Below, in pieces: positions 49,701 to 61,768 of a stretch of DNA of 64,000 nucleotides. Source of the DNA: Camelus ferus. Lineage: Eukaryota. Below the pieces are notes generated by a model that searched no databases, was not told the DNA's origin, and saw nothing but the letters and a program-made list of their open reading frames with translations. The DNA lies in the NCBI RefSeq assembly GCF_009834535.1, contig NC_045697.1, forward strand, positions 53,818,001-53,882,000. The letters run 5' to 3'. Position 1 is the stretch's first letter. Every line of letters starts with the position of its first letter. A program made the translations under genes and the position numbers.

Positions 49701-52700
49701 CAACAGCCTTATTGTTACTTGTAAATTACCAACATGCTCCTCTTTTCTAAACTTAAAAATTTTCAGAGCTACTAATAGTGGCAATAATCTGGATTTACAT
49801 CAAAAAACAATAATTGTCTTTTTTTTTGGAAGAGGCGCTTAACAATTTGTAATCTAAAAGAAGTTGTACCTCCTAAGCAGCATTAATTATCTTACCATTA
49901 ATAAATTATAAATAAGCAGAAATATTTCTCTTAAGTGACTAACTGTAGGCATTTTCCTTTTACTAAATCAAAAGATATAAAACTGATAAAAAAAAAAGTT
50001 ATATTAATGACTGGATACAAGTAAACTCCATTTTATGAGTGAAAAAGAAATAAACCAGTGGATACCAAAATTGAAAATGAGTGCTAGTATATAAAATAAA
50101 TCAAAACAAATGTGAAGATTATTACTAGAATAATTTTAATTCACTAGAATCAAGAATACCTAACAATTTCCCAAATACTTGAAATTGTCATTGAGAAGTT
50201 TGTCAATAACATCATGTGTGAAATGTCATGATTCATTCCATACCTGATTGAACATAAAAATAAGTACACAGAATGTGGGTATTCCTATTGATGTCAGTGC
50301 ATTACTAGTCATCTCTACTTAGGATCTGCTGTCCTCATTTCCTGACCTGTCGTATGGAAGGCATTTAACTGGATGTCTTTTCATCTCTTTAGAATTCTAA
50401 CGTGCTATAACTTTGAAGTTCAACTCATGAATAAGCTATTTACTTCACCCTAACAGGTTCTTTGGAGATTCAACGGCAAGAAACCAGATACCTTAGGACC
50501 CAATACTCGGCTGTATAAGTGGATCCCCCAGAACGACCTTCTTGGTGAGACCTGGGAGAAAAAATGCTGGAAACAAGAGTAACAGCTGAGGGAGTGAGAG
50601 CACTGGGAGAAGAAACCAACTTACTCAGCACTTATTACTCAAGCATGCAAAAGGAACACTCTGAATCTTCATTGTTCTTTCCTGTCCTAGGGGAAAACAA
50701 ATAAAATATAAAGGTCGGCTTTTTTTAACACCCTTATTATGGTACGACTCCTGTACAGTAAACTACATGTTTTTCGGATGTACAATTTGATGAATTTTGA
50801 TAGAGGTATACACCAATAAAACCTCCAACACAATCAAGATGGCCAACATTTAGATCACTCTCCAAGAGGTGCAAATTTCCAATTCTTTACTTATCCCTTT
50901 CCACCCCCCTTTACCCCAGGTATCAGTAAATTTGTTCTCTGTGTAACAGGTGGCTTTTTATTAAAGAGTCACATCTATTATGGACAGAATCTTTATATTG
51001 GTTGTAATTATTTCTCTAAGTAAAATTATCAAGAACATCCTGGATTATCGCTTTGCCTCTAAATTCTCTCCATACATCTCTCTTTTCCCATCTTATGGGT
51101 ATTTTAAATGCCCCTGAAATACAGCAGCTCCTTTTTATTACCAGTGACTCCCCATGTTCTATAGGAAAATACTTCAGAATTGTTTTCATGAAGCTGTAAC
51201 ACATTTCATGATAAAATGCAGCTTTTCCTTCCTCTGGTCTCAGTGTCACGACCATTATCTTTCCTGTTGCCTTGACACCCTTCCTATCAGACTAAATGTC
51301 TATTTCCTTAAGAGACTATATTTTTGACATATTCTCACCCTTAATTGCTCATGTGGTTTCTTTTACCCAGAATGTTCTTTCCATTTGTTCACCTGACAAT
51401 CTGGAGTACATTTGTGAATTCAACTCACACAGCACTCCTTTCATGAAGGCTTCACTTCCCTCTCCAGCAGACTGAGTGGCTTCCTGATCTGAGTTCTGAA
51501 AGCAGTTGAAATGCAGTTTCATGTGTATAATCATCTGTTATCGAAAGGACACTGCTTCTTTCACTGCCTTGTAATGGCCAGTTCTCATTTGATTTCTAAC
51601 ATTAATTAATCATTTTACTGAAATTCACTCAATCCTAGGTCATCCAAAAACCAAAGCTTTTATAACTCATGGTGGAACCAACGGCATTTATGAGGCCATC
51701 TACCACGGGATCCCTATGGTGGGCATTCCTTTGTTTGCTGATCAACCTGATAACATCGCTCGCATGACAGTCAAGGGGGCAGCTGTCAGGCTGGACTTCA
51801 GTAAAATGTCAACAACAGATTTGCTCAATGCATTGAACCAAGTCATTAATAATCCTTCGTGAGTATACATGTATATTTTTCTACTACATACTCTGTCTAG
51901 AGAAGTTCTAATAGGGAGGCCAGGGAGGTAGCAATGTATCTTCACATAAACACAATGAAGAGTAAGAGTTGCACAGGGCTTTGAATAGTCTACAATAGCC
52001 TACTGGGAGTGTCACATAAAGTTTGTTTCAGTGGTTTTAGTGGATAGCTTCTTCAGAGGTTTAAGGAAAATGGAGAAATTTTGAAAGAGCTAATCATTAG
52101 AATGAAAAGAGTCACTGAAATGGTAACATAAGGATTAAGAGGATTTATATGTAAATATTTTCTCCCTTTGCATTATTCTCCCATTGCTATTATTACCAAC
52201 ACATTCTCAAAATGTTTTCTTTATAAAGTCATTATGAAACAAAAGGGAGAAAATACATACAATAGTTATCATAATATTAATAATAATATCGAAATTCATA
52301 AAAATCCTCAAATGATTTGGAAACCAAATATTATCTCTTTGAAACAGAAATATACCAACATATGTCTTATAAATAGACAAAAACAAGTAAAACCAAAAAA
52401 ACTAAGAATATACCTACATTCATAAGTAGTATCTAAGTAGTCATTATTGGGTAAATTAGAAAGATTTAGTTGTTTCCTTTTATCAGGGATGAGATCAAAA
52501 TATTAGCAGACTTTCAGATGCAGAAAAAAAGCTACACAACACCAGTGAAGTGGGAGGGGAAACATAAGGGTGGTGGACTAGGAGATACAAACTTTGGATG
52601 CAATATGCGCTCAAATATGTTATGAGCAACAATGGGAATACAGCCAAAATTTGTAGTAACTGTTTAATGTAAAATTGCAACCCTGTGGAATACTTATACC

Positions 52701-54111
52701 ACTTTCGATTTTTAATAATGTAAAGCTGGTATCAAAAATGAAGATAATTTATTAGCTGCTAGATACAGAATGTTTGCTATATGCTACACATTGTATTAAG
52801 TCCTTTGCATATATTAAGTACCTTCTTCATAGTAGTGTTTCCCTATTGCATTACAAAAATGTCACATAAGTGTCTCCTCTGAAAAACCCAAGGCTCCTCC
52901 TGTGCTTTATACAGAACACAAAGAGATTTTACCTCCTTGTTATTGCTTCAGTGCCATGCTACTGCACTTTGTGATTTAGAGTTTGTGAGCCATATCTCTT
53001 TATTCCTCCCTTCCTCCTTGTCTGTTAGTCCATAGTCATTCCAACACTAGAGACAAATGCAACTGCAATGCCAGAAAGTGAAATGTTGAGCACTCGCCAG
53101 ATTCTAAAATCACTCACAAGAAAAACACCACCAATACTAGCAAACGTTTACTAAGAGTCTACTGTATGCCAGGAATACTTAAGAATCGATATATTATTCC
53201 TCCAAATAATCAGATCAGATACCATTCCTATCCATCCTATTTATCAGTGAAAAACTGAGGAAAGAAGAATAATAAAGCAGGCATCAAGGCAAATGTCAGA
53301 GTCAGATTCAAAACAAGGCAATCACTTCCAACTTTTAACCACCACTTCACTAATAGAAGATAAATACCAGTTAATGCTCAATACCAACTGCTCACCAGCC
53401 CCAGCTGGACATGTCTCTGAATCTCAATATGGATTTTCCTCCTATCTCTGCATTATGATAGTATTTTAAAACTTGTCCAACAGGTCTATTAACAATTCCT
53501 TACTAGACAGTACAAACTTTGAACAGTCAAATCATGTACATCTTTTCTATTGTTCTTTTTTTTTTTTCACATCAGGACCTAATTCATTCCATTCTTTTGG
53601 CTACAAATACCTGTCCTATCCTATTTTCTCTCTTTTCTCCATAGCTTGAAATTCTATGCATTCAAAAAATTCTAGCACATAAGCTAAGATCTCTATAATC
53701 ATCTCTGAGAAAAATAATCTATTTTTCTTCCACTTGATGTGGCACTCATTTTTACCATATGCATGAAGATTCCACATATGTATCTTTCTTAGTTTATTGT
53801 AAAAATTGATGTCTATTTGCTTTTCCTTCAGCTACAAACAGAATGCTATGAGGTTATCAACCATTCAACACGATCAACCTATAAAGCCCCTGGACCGAGC
53901 AGTCTTCTGGATCGAGTCTGTCATGCGCCACAAAGGAGCCAAGCACCTGCGGCCAGCCGCTCACGACCTCACCTGGTGCCAGTACCACTCTCTGGATGTG
54001 ACTGGGTTCCTGCTGGTCTGTGTGGCAGCTGCTCTCTTTGTCATCACAAAATGTTGTCTGTTTTGCTGCAAGAAATTTCCTATACCAAGAAAGAAGGAAA
54101 AAAGGGAGTAG
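40064..54111 (+). CDS. UGT2B: UDP-glucuronosyltransferase 2B family member, intact, 529 aa (copy B); join(40064..40784,41375..41523,48395..48526,50457..50544,51639..51858,53832..54111)
   Basis: Exons 721+149+132+88+220+280 = 1590 nt, open frame, all GT-AG; signal peptide, H35, D151, N315 sequon (NIT), UGT signature ending FADQ, TM helix, C-terminal KKEKRE; exact orthologue number cannot be assigned by eye. Confidence 0.95.
41375..41523 (+). CDS. UGT2B: UGT2B copy B exon 2
   Basis: tttcag|GAAGACCC ... CCTATG|gtaaca; [50 protein letters not shown]. Confidence 0.95.
48395..48526 (+). CDS. UGT2B: UGT2B copy B exon 3
   Basis: gacag|GAAATG ... CAAAAG|gtagat; [44 protein letters not shown]. Confidence 0.95.
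50457..50544 (+). CDS. UGT2B: UGT2B copy B exon 4
   Basis: ctaacag|GTTCTT ... CTTG|gtgaga; [29 protein letters not shown]. Confidence 0.95.
51639..51858 (+). CDS. UGT2B: UGT2B copy B exon 5
   Basis: cctag|GTCATCC ... CCTTC|gtgagt; [73 protein letters not shown]. Confidence 0.95.
53832..54111 (+). CDS. UGT2B: UGT2B copy B exon 6 (coding part)
   Basis: ccttcag|[47 protein letters not shown] ... [16 protein letters not shown] at 54109-54111. Confidence 0.95.
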
Positions 54112-54329
54112 CTTTATCTGAGGCCTGAAGCAGGAACACCCCATACATGGATCTGTTTCAGTTGATTCCAGCAAGAAGGAGTTATGATGAGGTTCCTGTC
54201 CTCCTGTGACAAAAGGACTTTTCACAATTTAGCATCAAAGATCAAAATTTGCTTTCAAGGGATTTTCTTCCTGCTTAAGAGTTAGAAATACGTCATGCCA
54301 AGAGAAAAGCTAATGAGATATTAAAAAAA

Positions 54330-54335
54330 AATAAA
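54330..54335 (+). terminator. Candidate polyadenylation signal, copy B
   Basis: AATAAA at the position matching copy A 18356; another at 54432-54437. Confidence 0.4.
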
Positions 54336-55418
54336 ACTATAAGGGTATATATTGAAATTTATCATTTTAATTCAAAATTTTACTAAAAAGAAATTGAGTT
54401 TAACTGTGTTTCACAGGGTGTGCATATACACAATAAAATACAAAGTCTATATTTTCCATATTATATTTGAGGATATTCTGAAAATTTTAACTTTATTTTA
54501 TTGTAGAATTTTATACTTTTATCTTACTACAGAAGTGTTCAATAATTGGAATTGTGAAAAAGATTCACCCTTCCATTTCATTTGCGAGACCACTAACACT
54601 TCTTGGTTTTTACTGTGCATCCAGCCTCAGAATCACTTCTTACCTAAAGCCATGGCAAGTCATTTACATTTATGCAGGTTAAGTCATGTCCCAGTAAAAT
54701 GTCTGTGGAATTAGGAATACAGCAACTGCTACCTGCTTCCTATTATAAAACTGAGCTATTTGTGAAAAGCCTTGATATATGACTGAGTTTTCTTTTTCTC
54801 CTTAACTTTAAAAATATTCACCTGATCTCTTTTACTCCCATATTCACTCAGCCTCTGGTAATAAGATTTAAGTTTTCTACTGTAAGAAAATATTTAACTT
54901 GTACTCTAAAGGGTCTTACTGAATTTTCATTCTCTCCAAATATACCTGAATATATCTATATGTGCTATCTATATCTATATCTGTATATATTCTTACAAAA
55001 CAAGACACAGCATCACTTACCTACTTGCAGATATGGTATGAAATTTAATGTGTTCATTGAACACACACTGAAATAATGGCTTTTATTCTATGGTACCACA
55101 TTTTAGATCGTGTGTCAATCTTTTGCCTCTTTCCTCATTAGCCTATTGCCCCATCCCTCCCATAAACATTCAATATGTCATCATGACAAAAAAATAATAC
55201 AGACATCATTTTCTTTAAACCTAGGCCCACCATGACTGACATAATCAGGAACAATGAGCAGGATACAGAAATTACATACATTTTATGGAAAACTGGTAAA
55301 TCAAATGAAAGCAATCTGAAGGCACTCTTGAAAACTGCGTGTCCTGAAAGGACTTTATATCAAAGTGGTCCAGGAGATGAAATGCATACTTGTCTTATTG
55401 GTCAAAACCACCACTCAA

Positions 55419-56387
55419 TAAATTGTATTCCATTGTGTATATATGCTACATCTTCTTTATCCATTCATCTATTGATGTGCACTTAGGATGCTTCCATGTC
55501 TTGGCAATTATAAAAAATACTGCTGTTTATAGTGAGGAGTATGCATCTTTTTGAATTAATGTTTTCATTTTTCTCAGGTCTATGCCCAGGAGTGGAATTG
55601 CTGGGCCATATGGTGGTTCTGTTTTGGGTTTTTGAGAAACCTCTATATTGTTTTCCATGGTGGCTGCACCGCTTTACATTCCCACCCACAGTGGACAGGG
55701 ATTCTCTTTTCTCCACATCCTTGCCAATATTTGTTATTTGTGTGCTTTTTGACGGTGGCCATTCTGACAGATGTAAGATGGTGTCTCACTGTGATTTTGA
55801 TTTGCATTTCCCTGATACTGGTGATGTTTCATGCTCCTGTTGGCCATCTGCATTTCCTCTTTTGGAAAAATGTCTGTTCAATTCTTCTGCCCATATTTTA
55901 AATGGGTTGTTTGCTTTTTTAATTGAAGTACAGTTGATTTAAAAAGTTGTATTAGCTTCTGGTGTCCAGCATGGATGAACTTGGAGGGCATTATACTAAG
56001 TGAAATAAGTCAGACAGAGAAAAACAAATACTGTAAGATACCACATACATGTGGAATCTAAAAAAATACAACAAACTAGTGAATATAACAGAAAAGAAAC
56101 AGACTCACAGATGTAGAGAAGGAACTAGTGGTTACCAGTGGGGAGAGGGTAGGGGGTGGGAAAAGATAGAGGTGAAGGATTAAGAGGTACAAACTACCAG
56201 GTATAAAATAAGCTATAAGGATGTATTGTACAACATGGGGAATATAGCCAATATTTTATAATAACTAGAATACAACTTTTAAAAGTTGTGAACCACTATA
56301 TTGTATACCTGTAACATAACATTGTACATCAACTGTACTTCAATTTTAAAAATCTATTGTAAAATAAATACACAAATAAAGTTAAAG
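55419..56387 (+). mobile_element. 5'-inverted LINE-1 insertion specific to the copy B 3' flank
   Basis: Antisense L1 body about 55419-55913, then a sense 3' end from catggatgaac (55970) to the tail; degenerate TSD aaaaccaccactcaa / aaaaaaaacactgaa; absent at the matching copy A site (about 19455-19480). Confidence 0.8.
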
Positions 56388-56770
56388 AAAAAAAACACTG
56401 AAATCATATGACAAATATTCTCCAGCCTGAGACATAATTTATTTTAAAACAAATTAAACTATGGATGCTTGGGCAATTACAGGAAAAATTTACCACAGAA
56501 GATTCCACACAAACCCTGTACATAACTGACACATTTTTAAAGAAAAATAGAACTAATATGGTGCCATATAGATAATATTGTTAAATCATGCATATAGTCT
56601 TAAATCATTTTTCTCTAATCTATCCTGCAACATATGTAACTAAAAAAGGATTGGTAGTCATTGTACAGTGAGAACTACTACAAATCTCCAATGAAAATAA
56701 ACAAGTCCAACGTGAAAATGAATGAAGGATACGAACAACAAATTCACAGAAGTGAAGTAGCTAACTACAT

Positions 56771-56848
56771 ACAAACCCTCAATTTGTCAAAAAACACAAT
56801 ACCTGTAAAGCGCAATAAAGCAAAGCACGGTGAAACAAGATATGTCTG
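56771..56848 (-). mobile_element. Tigger1 DNA transposon terminal fragment
   Basis: acaaaccctcaatttgtcaaaaaacacaatacctgtaaagcgcaataaagcaaagcacggtgaaacaagatatgtctg+TA is the reverse complement of the Tigger1 end CAGGCATACCTCGTTTTATTGCGCTTCGCTTTATTGCGC. Confidence 0.8.
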
Positions 56849-57205
56849 TATCGCAAAGCCGAATTTGGAGCTGAGACACAATAAACTGAAAACTGGTAAG
56901 GCAGACAATATTTCAAATGTCTCATTTGTTAGCATCCCTTACGTTTTTGCATCCTTACTGCATCATGGTAAAATTCAGGTGAATAAGAGGCATGGCTTTC
57001 TTTTAAAATGAAGTTTGTGAAAGTGGAGACAGATAGAGCTGACAAAGGGGAACTTAAGAGTAGGCTCCTCTGGGTCGGCAGCCCCGCTGTTGGCCACTTT
57101 CCTGATCTCCAAATGTATAATGGAATAGACATACTAGCAGGCTGGACTCTTGCCTTACGTAATAGCTAGCTCAGTCTTGGTTAGGGTCATCCATTCTGTT
57201 ACTCC

Positions 57206-58146
57206 TGAAGGCGTATATAATGTGCCACTCCAAAATATGCCACTTTGACATATGACTTTTTATTAAAGTTACTAAACAAACAGCTGGTGCAAGGATATTC
57301 TGAGCCTCCATTATTGCCCTAAAAGCAAGATATCAAACTCCCATGTGCAGCTGCCCTCCCTATACCAGGAGAGTAGAAGCCATCCTTATCAACAGAGAGA
57401 GAGGGAACTCTGGGCTGAGAAGGCTGTATAAACAAACTTTGTTACTTCATGAATTTGCAATCTGTTGGGCTGCACTATGCAGGCCTGCAAGGCCTGTATT
57501 TGCCCAACCTCAAGACTGAAGAAAGAGCTCGGAGTTGGCGACAGAGATATCAATGGCTCAATGGATAGGGGGATCTTAACATGTTGGAAGCAAGGTCCTG
57601 GAGTGACACCCTACTGTGTGCAGCAGACAGAGAGCAGGACACGGACACAGTCTTTGCTCAGGGGGGCAGGAGAAGGTTACCAGTTACAAAGGTTCGCTCA
57701 CTGGTTACCAGGAAAATCAACAGAGGGGCACACCCCTCATCACCTCTTTCATAAGCTATCAGGGTGGCTTGAGTTAGACCAATCATTAGCTGGGGTCTGG
57801 CGCAAGTATGTAGGCAGGTCAGTCAGGTGAGTAGGGTATAGGTGAAACAGGCGCTGCTTGAGCAGGGAATGTACAGAGAGCAAGAGAAAAGTCACCTTGA
57901 GTGTCCTGACCAGACAGTACCTCAAGCCCAAACCCCTTTATCTTGTCAACTCTTCACAAATGTATTGCTTCTTTGTCTAAAAGGTATAAAAGCTGCATGC
58001 TTTGGTCACTTCTTTGAATCTCATATTTTTACAGGATCTCATAAGTACGAAACTAACTTTTCCCTTGTTAATTTGTTTTACGGCAATTTAAGTATTAAGT
58101 CAGCCAATGAACCAAGGAGAGAAGGAAAAAGTTTTCCTCTCCAACA
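57206..58146 (+). mobile_element. ERV1 solo LTR (MER34/MER39-like), interrupted by another LTR
   Basis: TGAAGG..tgccactccaaaatatgccactttg start; ggtataaaagctg TATA region; ends ttttcctctccaaCA. Confidence 0.75.
57463..57916 (-). mobile_element. Antisense solo LTR (probably ERVL/ERV3 class) nested in the MER34-like LTR
   Basis: Minus strand TGTCTGGTCAGGACACTCAAGG ... GTGCAGCCCAACA termini; the host LTR resumes after 57916. Confidence 0.65.
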
Positions 58147-58527
58147 GGCCCACGTGTAGCTTTTATCTCTGCACCCATCACCAACCAGTCTGTTCAGACA
58201 TCCATCAAAGCAGCACTAGAGTGCCAGTTATTTGGTGCCTGGTCTATGGTGAATATTAAATCTAATAATCCAAAATATATGGAAATATAGTATTTCATTG
58301 ATTTAACTGGCAAATCTCTAATTATGAATATGAATGGTCACCTTTTTATATGTCTGTTTTTGTTTTTTTGTCCATTCCAGGTTCTTTTTTTTTTTTTTTC
58401 ATGTACTGCACTCCTTTTCCATTGTGGAATTTTTCTACTGACTCTTCTTTGGTTTAGAGAAATTACAAAAAGTCAATTTGTCATTTATAAAAAAATCTAG
58501 AATTCCAGAGCCATGGATGACAGTGGC

Positions 58528-59132
58528 TGAGAGTGACTGGCAAAGAAATAATATCCATGAAGTCAAATAAACTGGTAGAAGTTAATCAGAAATTCGAGGT
58601 CAGGTTGATCAATCATGAGGACATGCAGACTGCAGGAGTCAGGACTGTGAGGCCAATTGGCACCCTTCAACTTCCAACAACCCCCATTCCTAGGCTCCCA
58701 GGTGTCCGCCTGCAATCCCTCAAAAGTTAAAGTACATTCTTTCCTGACGTGTGTTTGCCTAGCAGCATTAATAGCCTTAGGAAATGGGCTACTCTCACAA
58801 TAGCTCGGGCTGGTTTGTTTTGACCCACATATCCTTTTCAGAGTCATAAATCCCACTGCCCCTTCATGGACCCTAACTTCCTCACTTCATCTACAACCAA
58901 TCAGAAACTTGTGCATGAGCTGATTACACAGCCCCCAACCCATTGTGTTCACCAACCCCTCCCCATAAAGGACCCTAAGCTTTCACCATCAGGGCACACA
59001 CAGGCACCTCTCGTCTGTCTGGCCCACTGCTGTCTGTGGCAGCGTACCAAATAAACTCCTTTACTATTCTCCTCCTTTGTCTCTCGTAAATTCTTACACC
59101 ACCTGCTCACTGTCCCACCGGATTCCACAACA
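58528..59132 (+). mobile_element. ERV 5' LTR
   Basis: CCAAT (caaccaatcag), cccataaag TATA-like, AATAAA at 59050-59055, ends ccacaaCA just before the PBS; the 5' TG start is approximate. Confidence 0.7.
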
Positions 59133-59135
59133 TTT

Positions 59136-59153
59136 TGGTGGCCTGTACAGAGA
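59136..59153 (+). promoter_or_regulatory. Primer-binding site complementary to tRNA-Ile(AAU)
   Basis: TGGTGGCCTGTACAGAGA matches TGGTGGCCCGTACGGGGA at 15/18; two mismatches are CpG-decay type. Confidence 0.8.
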
Positions 59154-60051
59154 CGGGATATCTCTCTTCTCCCTTCTTCCTACCGGGGCTCTCCCTGGAT
59201 TGATCAGAAGCTCCTAGGCATTTCTCTGCGCCAGACTCCCTTGGGAGTGCGGAGGGTTGGAGAACATTTAGGACGTCACATTGTCAGGAAAGGCTTCCCT
59301 GCAGGCTTTGTTCTCTAGGCAGGGATACTCCTTCCCTCTCTCTCTCTGCTTTGTTCTCTCTCTTACTCTCCTGCCTTTTCCTAGAGTTCGGGACTTCCCC
59401 AAAGTCTCACCAGTGACTGGTGGGCTCTGGCTGGGCTACTCTCAGCAAGCCCTGAAACGCAGTCTAACAAATGGGACTGGATGTTTAGCCCCCAAGGCGA
59501 ATGCAAATCTCACTCCATACTCCATCCCTGGGTCAGAAAGGACTCTCTCATTGGAGAAGGCACACATAAGGACTAGTCATCCAGTGCCTTGAGACACCCA
59601 GGACCCTGTCTCCTGGTTGGCCCCAGACCCATACAAGGTGGGGATGACTCAGTGTGTCACAGCACTTGGAGCCCCCTCATAGGCAGCACACCATCTGGCC
59701 CAATACCCACTTCATCTTCCCTCTCTTCTTACTCCCTTCCCTCCACCTTTCCCTTGTTCTGGCCTTGGCTATCGAAACACCTCTTAGTTCTCGGGCCTGA
59801 CCCATTTGGTGCACCTCTGTCTTCTCTCCGCTTTTTGTGGATCACACCTGCAGATTGGCTAAGCCTCCTGTCTTTGACCATCATGTGCCAGACAGAAGCC
59901 TCAATTTGGTGAGTCTCCCTGTCCTTTCTTCTGTTTCTAACATTTCCGTAGGCCCCTAGTGCTACAGGCTTCTCTTTTCTGATGTGATGCCCCAGATTAC
60001 GGGTTTGACAGTCCCTTTGTGGGTGTTTTCTTTTCTCCTCCTCTAATCACT

Positions 60052-61768
60052 ATAGGGCAGGTCTTCTCAATCCCCCAGGACTCACCTTTGGGCTGCATTT
60101 TAAAGAACTGCCATAAGTTTGATCCCCAGACATTAAAGAAAAGATGTCTTGTCTTTCTCTCTACCACCTGGCCATAGTACCAACTCCCAGATCAGGAGAC
60201 TTGGCCCCTTCATAGGACTCTAAACTATAACACCATCTATCAGTTTGATCTCTTCTGTCACAAGTTGAAAAACAGTCTTAGGTCCCCTATGTTCATGCCT
60301 TTATGGCCATCTCCCAAGATTCAGATCTCTGTAAAAATTGCTGCATGTCTCTTTCCCAATACTTAGAGGCATCGCCACCCTCTGGCTCACCAGCATCTAA
60401 CAGCAACCAGATATTCTAGATGACCCTTTACTTTCCCAGGTTCCTAACAATAATCAGTTCCCTTCTCTGTACCCTTCATTGCATCCAATGGCCTCTAACT
60501 CAGGGACTTCTTCAGATTCTTATTTCTCCTCCCCGATCCCTCCTTGCTATTAGAATCCCTTCTCCCCACCACATACTAGAGCAGGTGTTATTTTTGACAC
60601 AACAGGACCAGCATCCCCAGTTAAGACTACTATTCCAGAAGCCTCAAAGCAAGGGAATCTGTTACCCTTTCTTGAGGTTGCTAATGGCAAAGTGGGCACG
60701 ATTCAGGTCCACGTCCCTTTCCCTCTGCCAAGTCTCCCACAAATACAAATTAGGCTCTTTTAGCCAGAACCCTTCTCACTTCATACAAGAATTTCAGGCC
60801 CTCACCACAGCCTTTGATCTGACCTGGCAGGACGTATTTGTTATTTTCACCACCTGTTACACATGAAGAAAAAACTCACATTTGGTCCTCGGCTCAGAGC
60901 TGGGCTGACAAGGTCCATGCTCACACCACCCAAAATCCTAGATCTAGAGGTTCATCTAGGTCTGGGAAGGAAGCAGTCCCTGACTCAGATCCCCAGTGGT
61001 CTTATCAAGAGAGGAACACCAGGAGGGAATACCATAATCACATGATTATTTGTTTAATAGAAAGGATGAAGAAGGTCACTTTTAAGCCTGTTAATTATAC
61101 CAGACTGAGGGAAATTACCTAGGGACCAGATGAAAATCCAGCCCTTTTTCATTCCTAGTTGGCAGAGGCAATGACAAAATATACAAATCTTGACCCAGAA
61201 AACACAGAGGACCTTCCATTCTTGCAGTCCATTTCATTAGCCAAGTCACACCCGACATTATACATAAACTTCAGTGGCTTGAACAGGGACCACAAACTCC
61301 TTTTCCTGTCCTACTAGACAGTCTTTAAGGTTTTCAACAACTGGGAGGAAATATCGTGGGCTGAACAGGCAAAAAGGACAAAGAAAGAGACAAGCAGCAG
61401 GCTAAATACATGGCAGCCACTATTGCCCACTCCCTGCCAGGTTCAACTCAACCGAGGCCCTACGGGACACCGGCCCCCAAGAAAGAGCCTACGTCTCTTG
61501 GGCCCTCTCCTGTTTGGTCCCAGTGCCAACAACCAGGACATATCAGCCAAGACCGGAGGTCTCTGCAGGGCCACGCCCCATCTGCAAGAAGAAGGGACAC
61601 TGGAGACGGGACTGTCCCTCTCTCCCTCATGGGAGAGGGCCATCCTCACTCCAGACCCCCTCGCCACGGCTTAAGCCTGTGGCTGGCCAGCAGATGCCCT
61701 TGACCCTGCTCCTCAATCATGAAGAGCCCTACGAAGACGGCGATGATTACAATTCTATCCTTGACTGA
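60052..61768 (+). pseudogene. gag: ERV gag (decayed)
   Basis: (ATA for ATG)GQVFSIPQDSPLGCILKNCHKFDPQTLKKR; LGSFSQNPSHFIQEFQALTTAFDLTWQD; KPVNYTRLREIT; two decayed CCHC knuckles; TGA at 61766-61768. Confidence 0.85.

Noticed and set aside
795..54111. UGT1A-style system with alternative first exons sharing common exons
   Set aside because: Each copy has its own complete exons 1-6 and candidate polyA signals; I found no orphan first exon in the spacer
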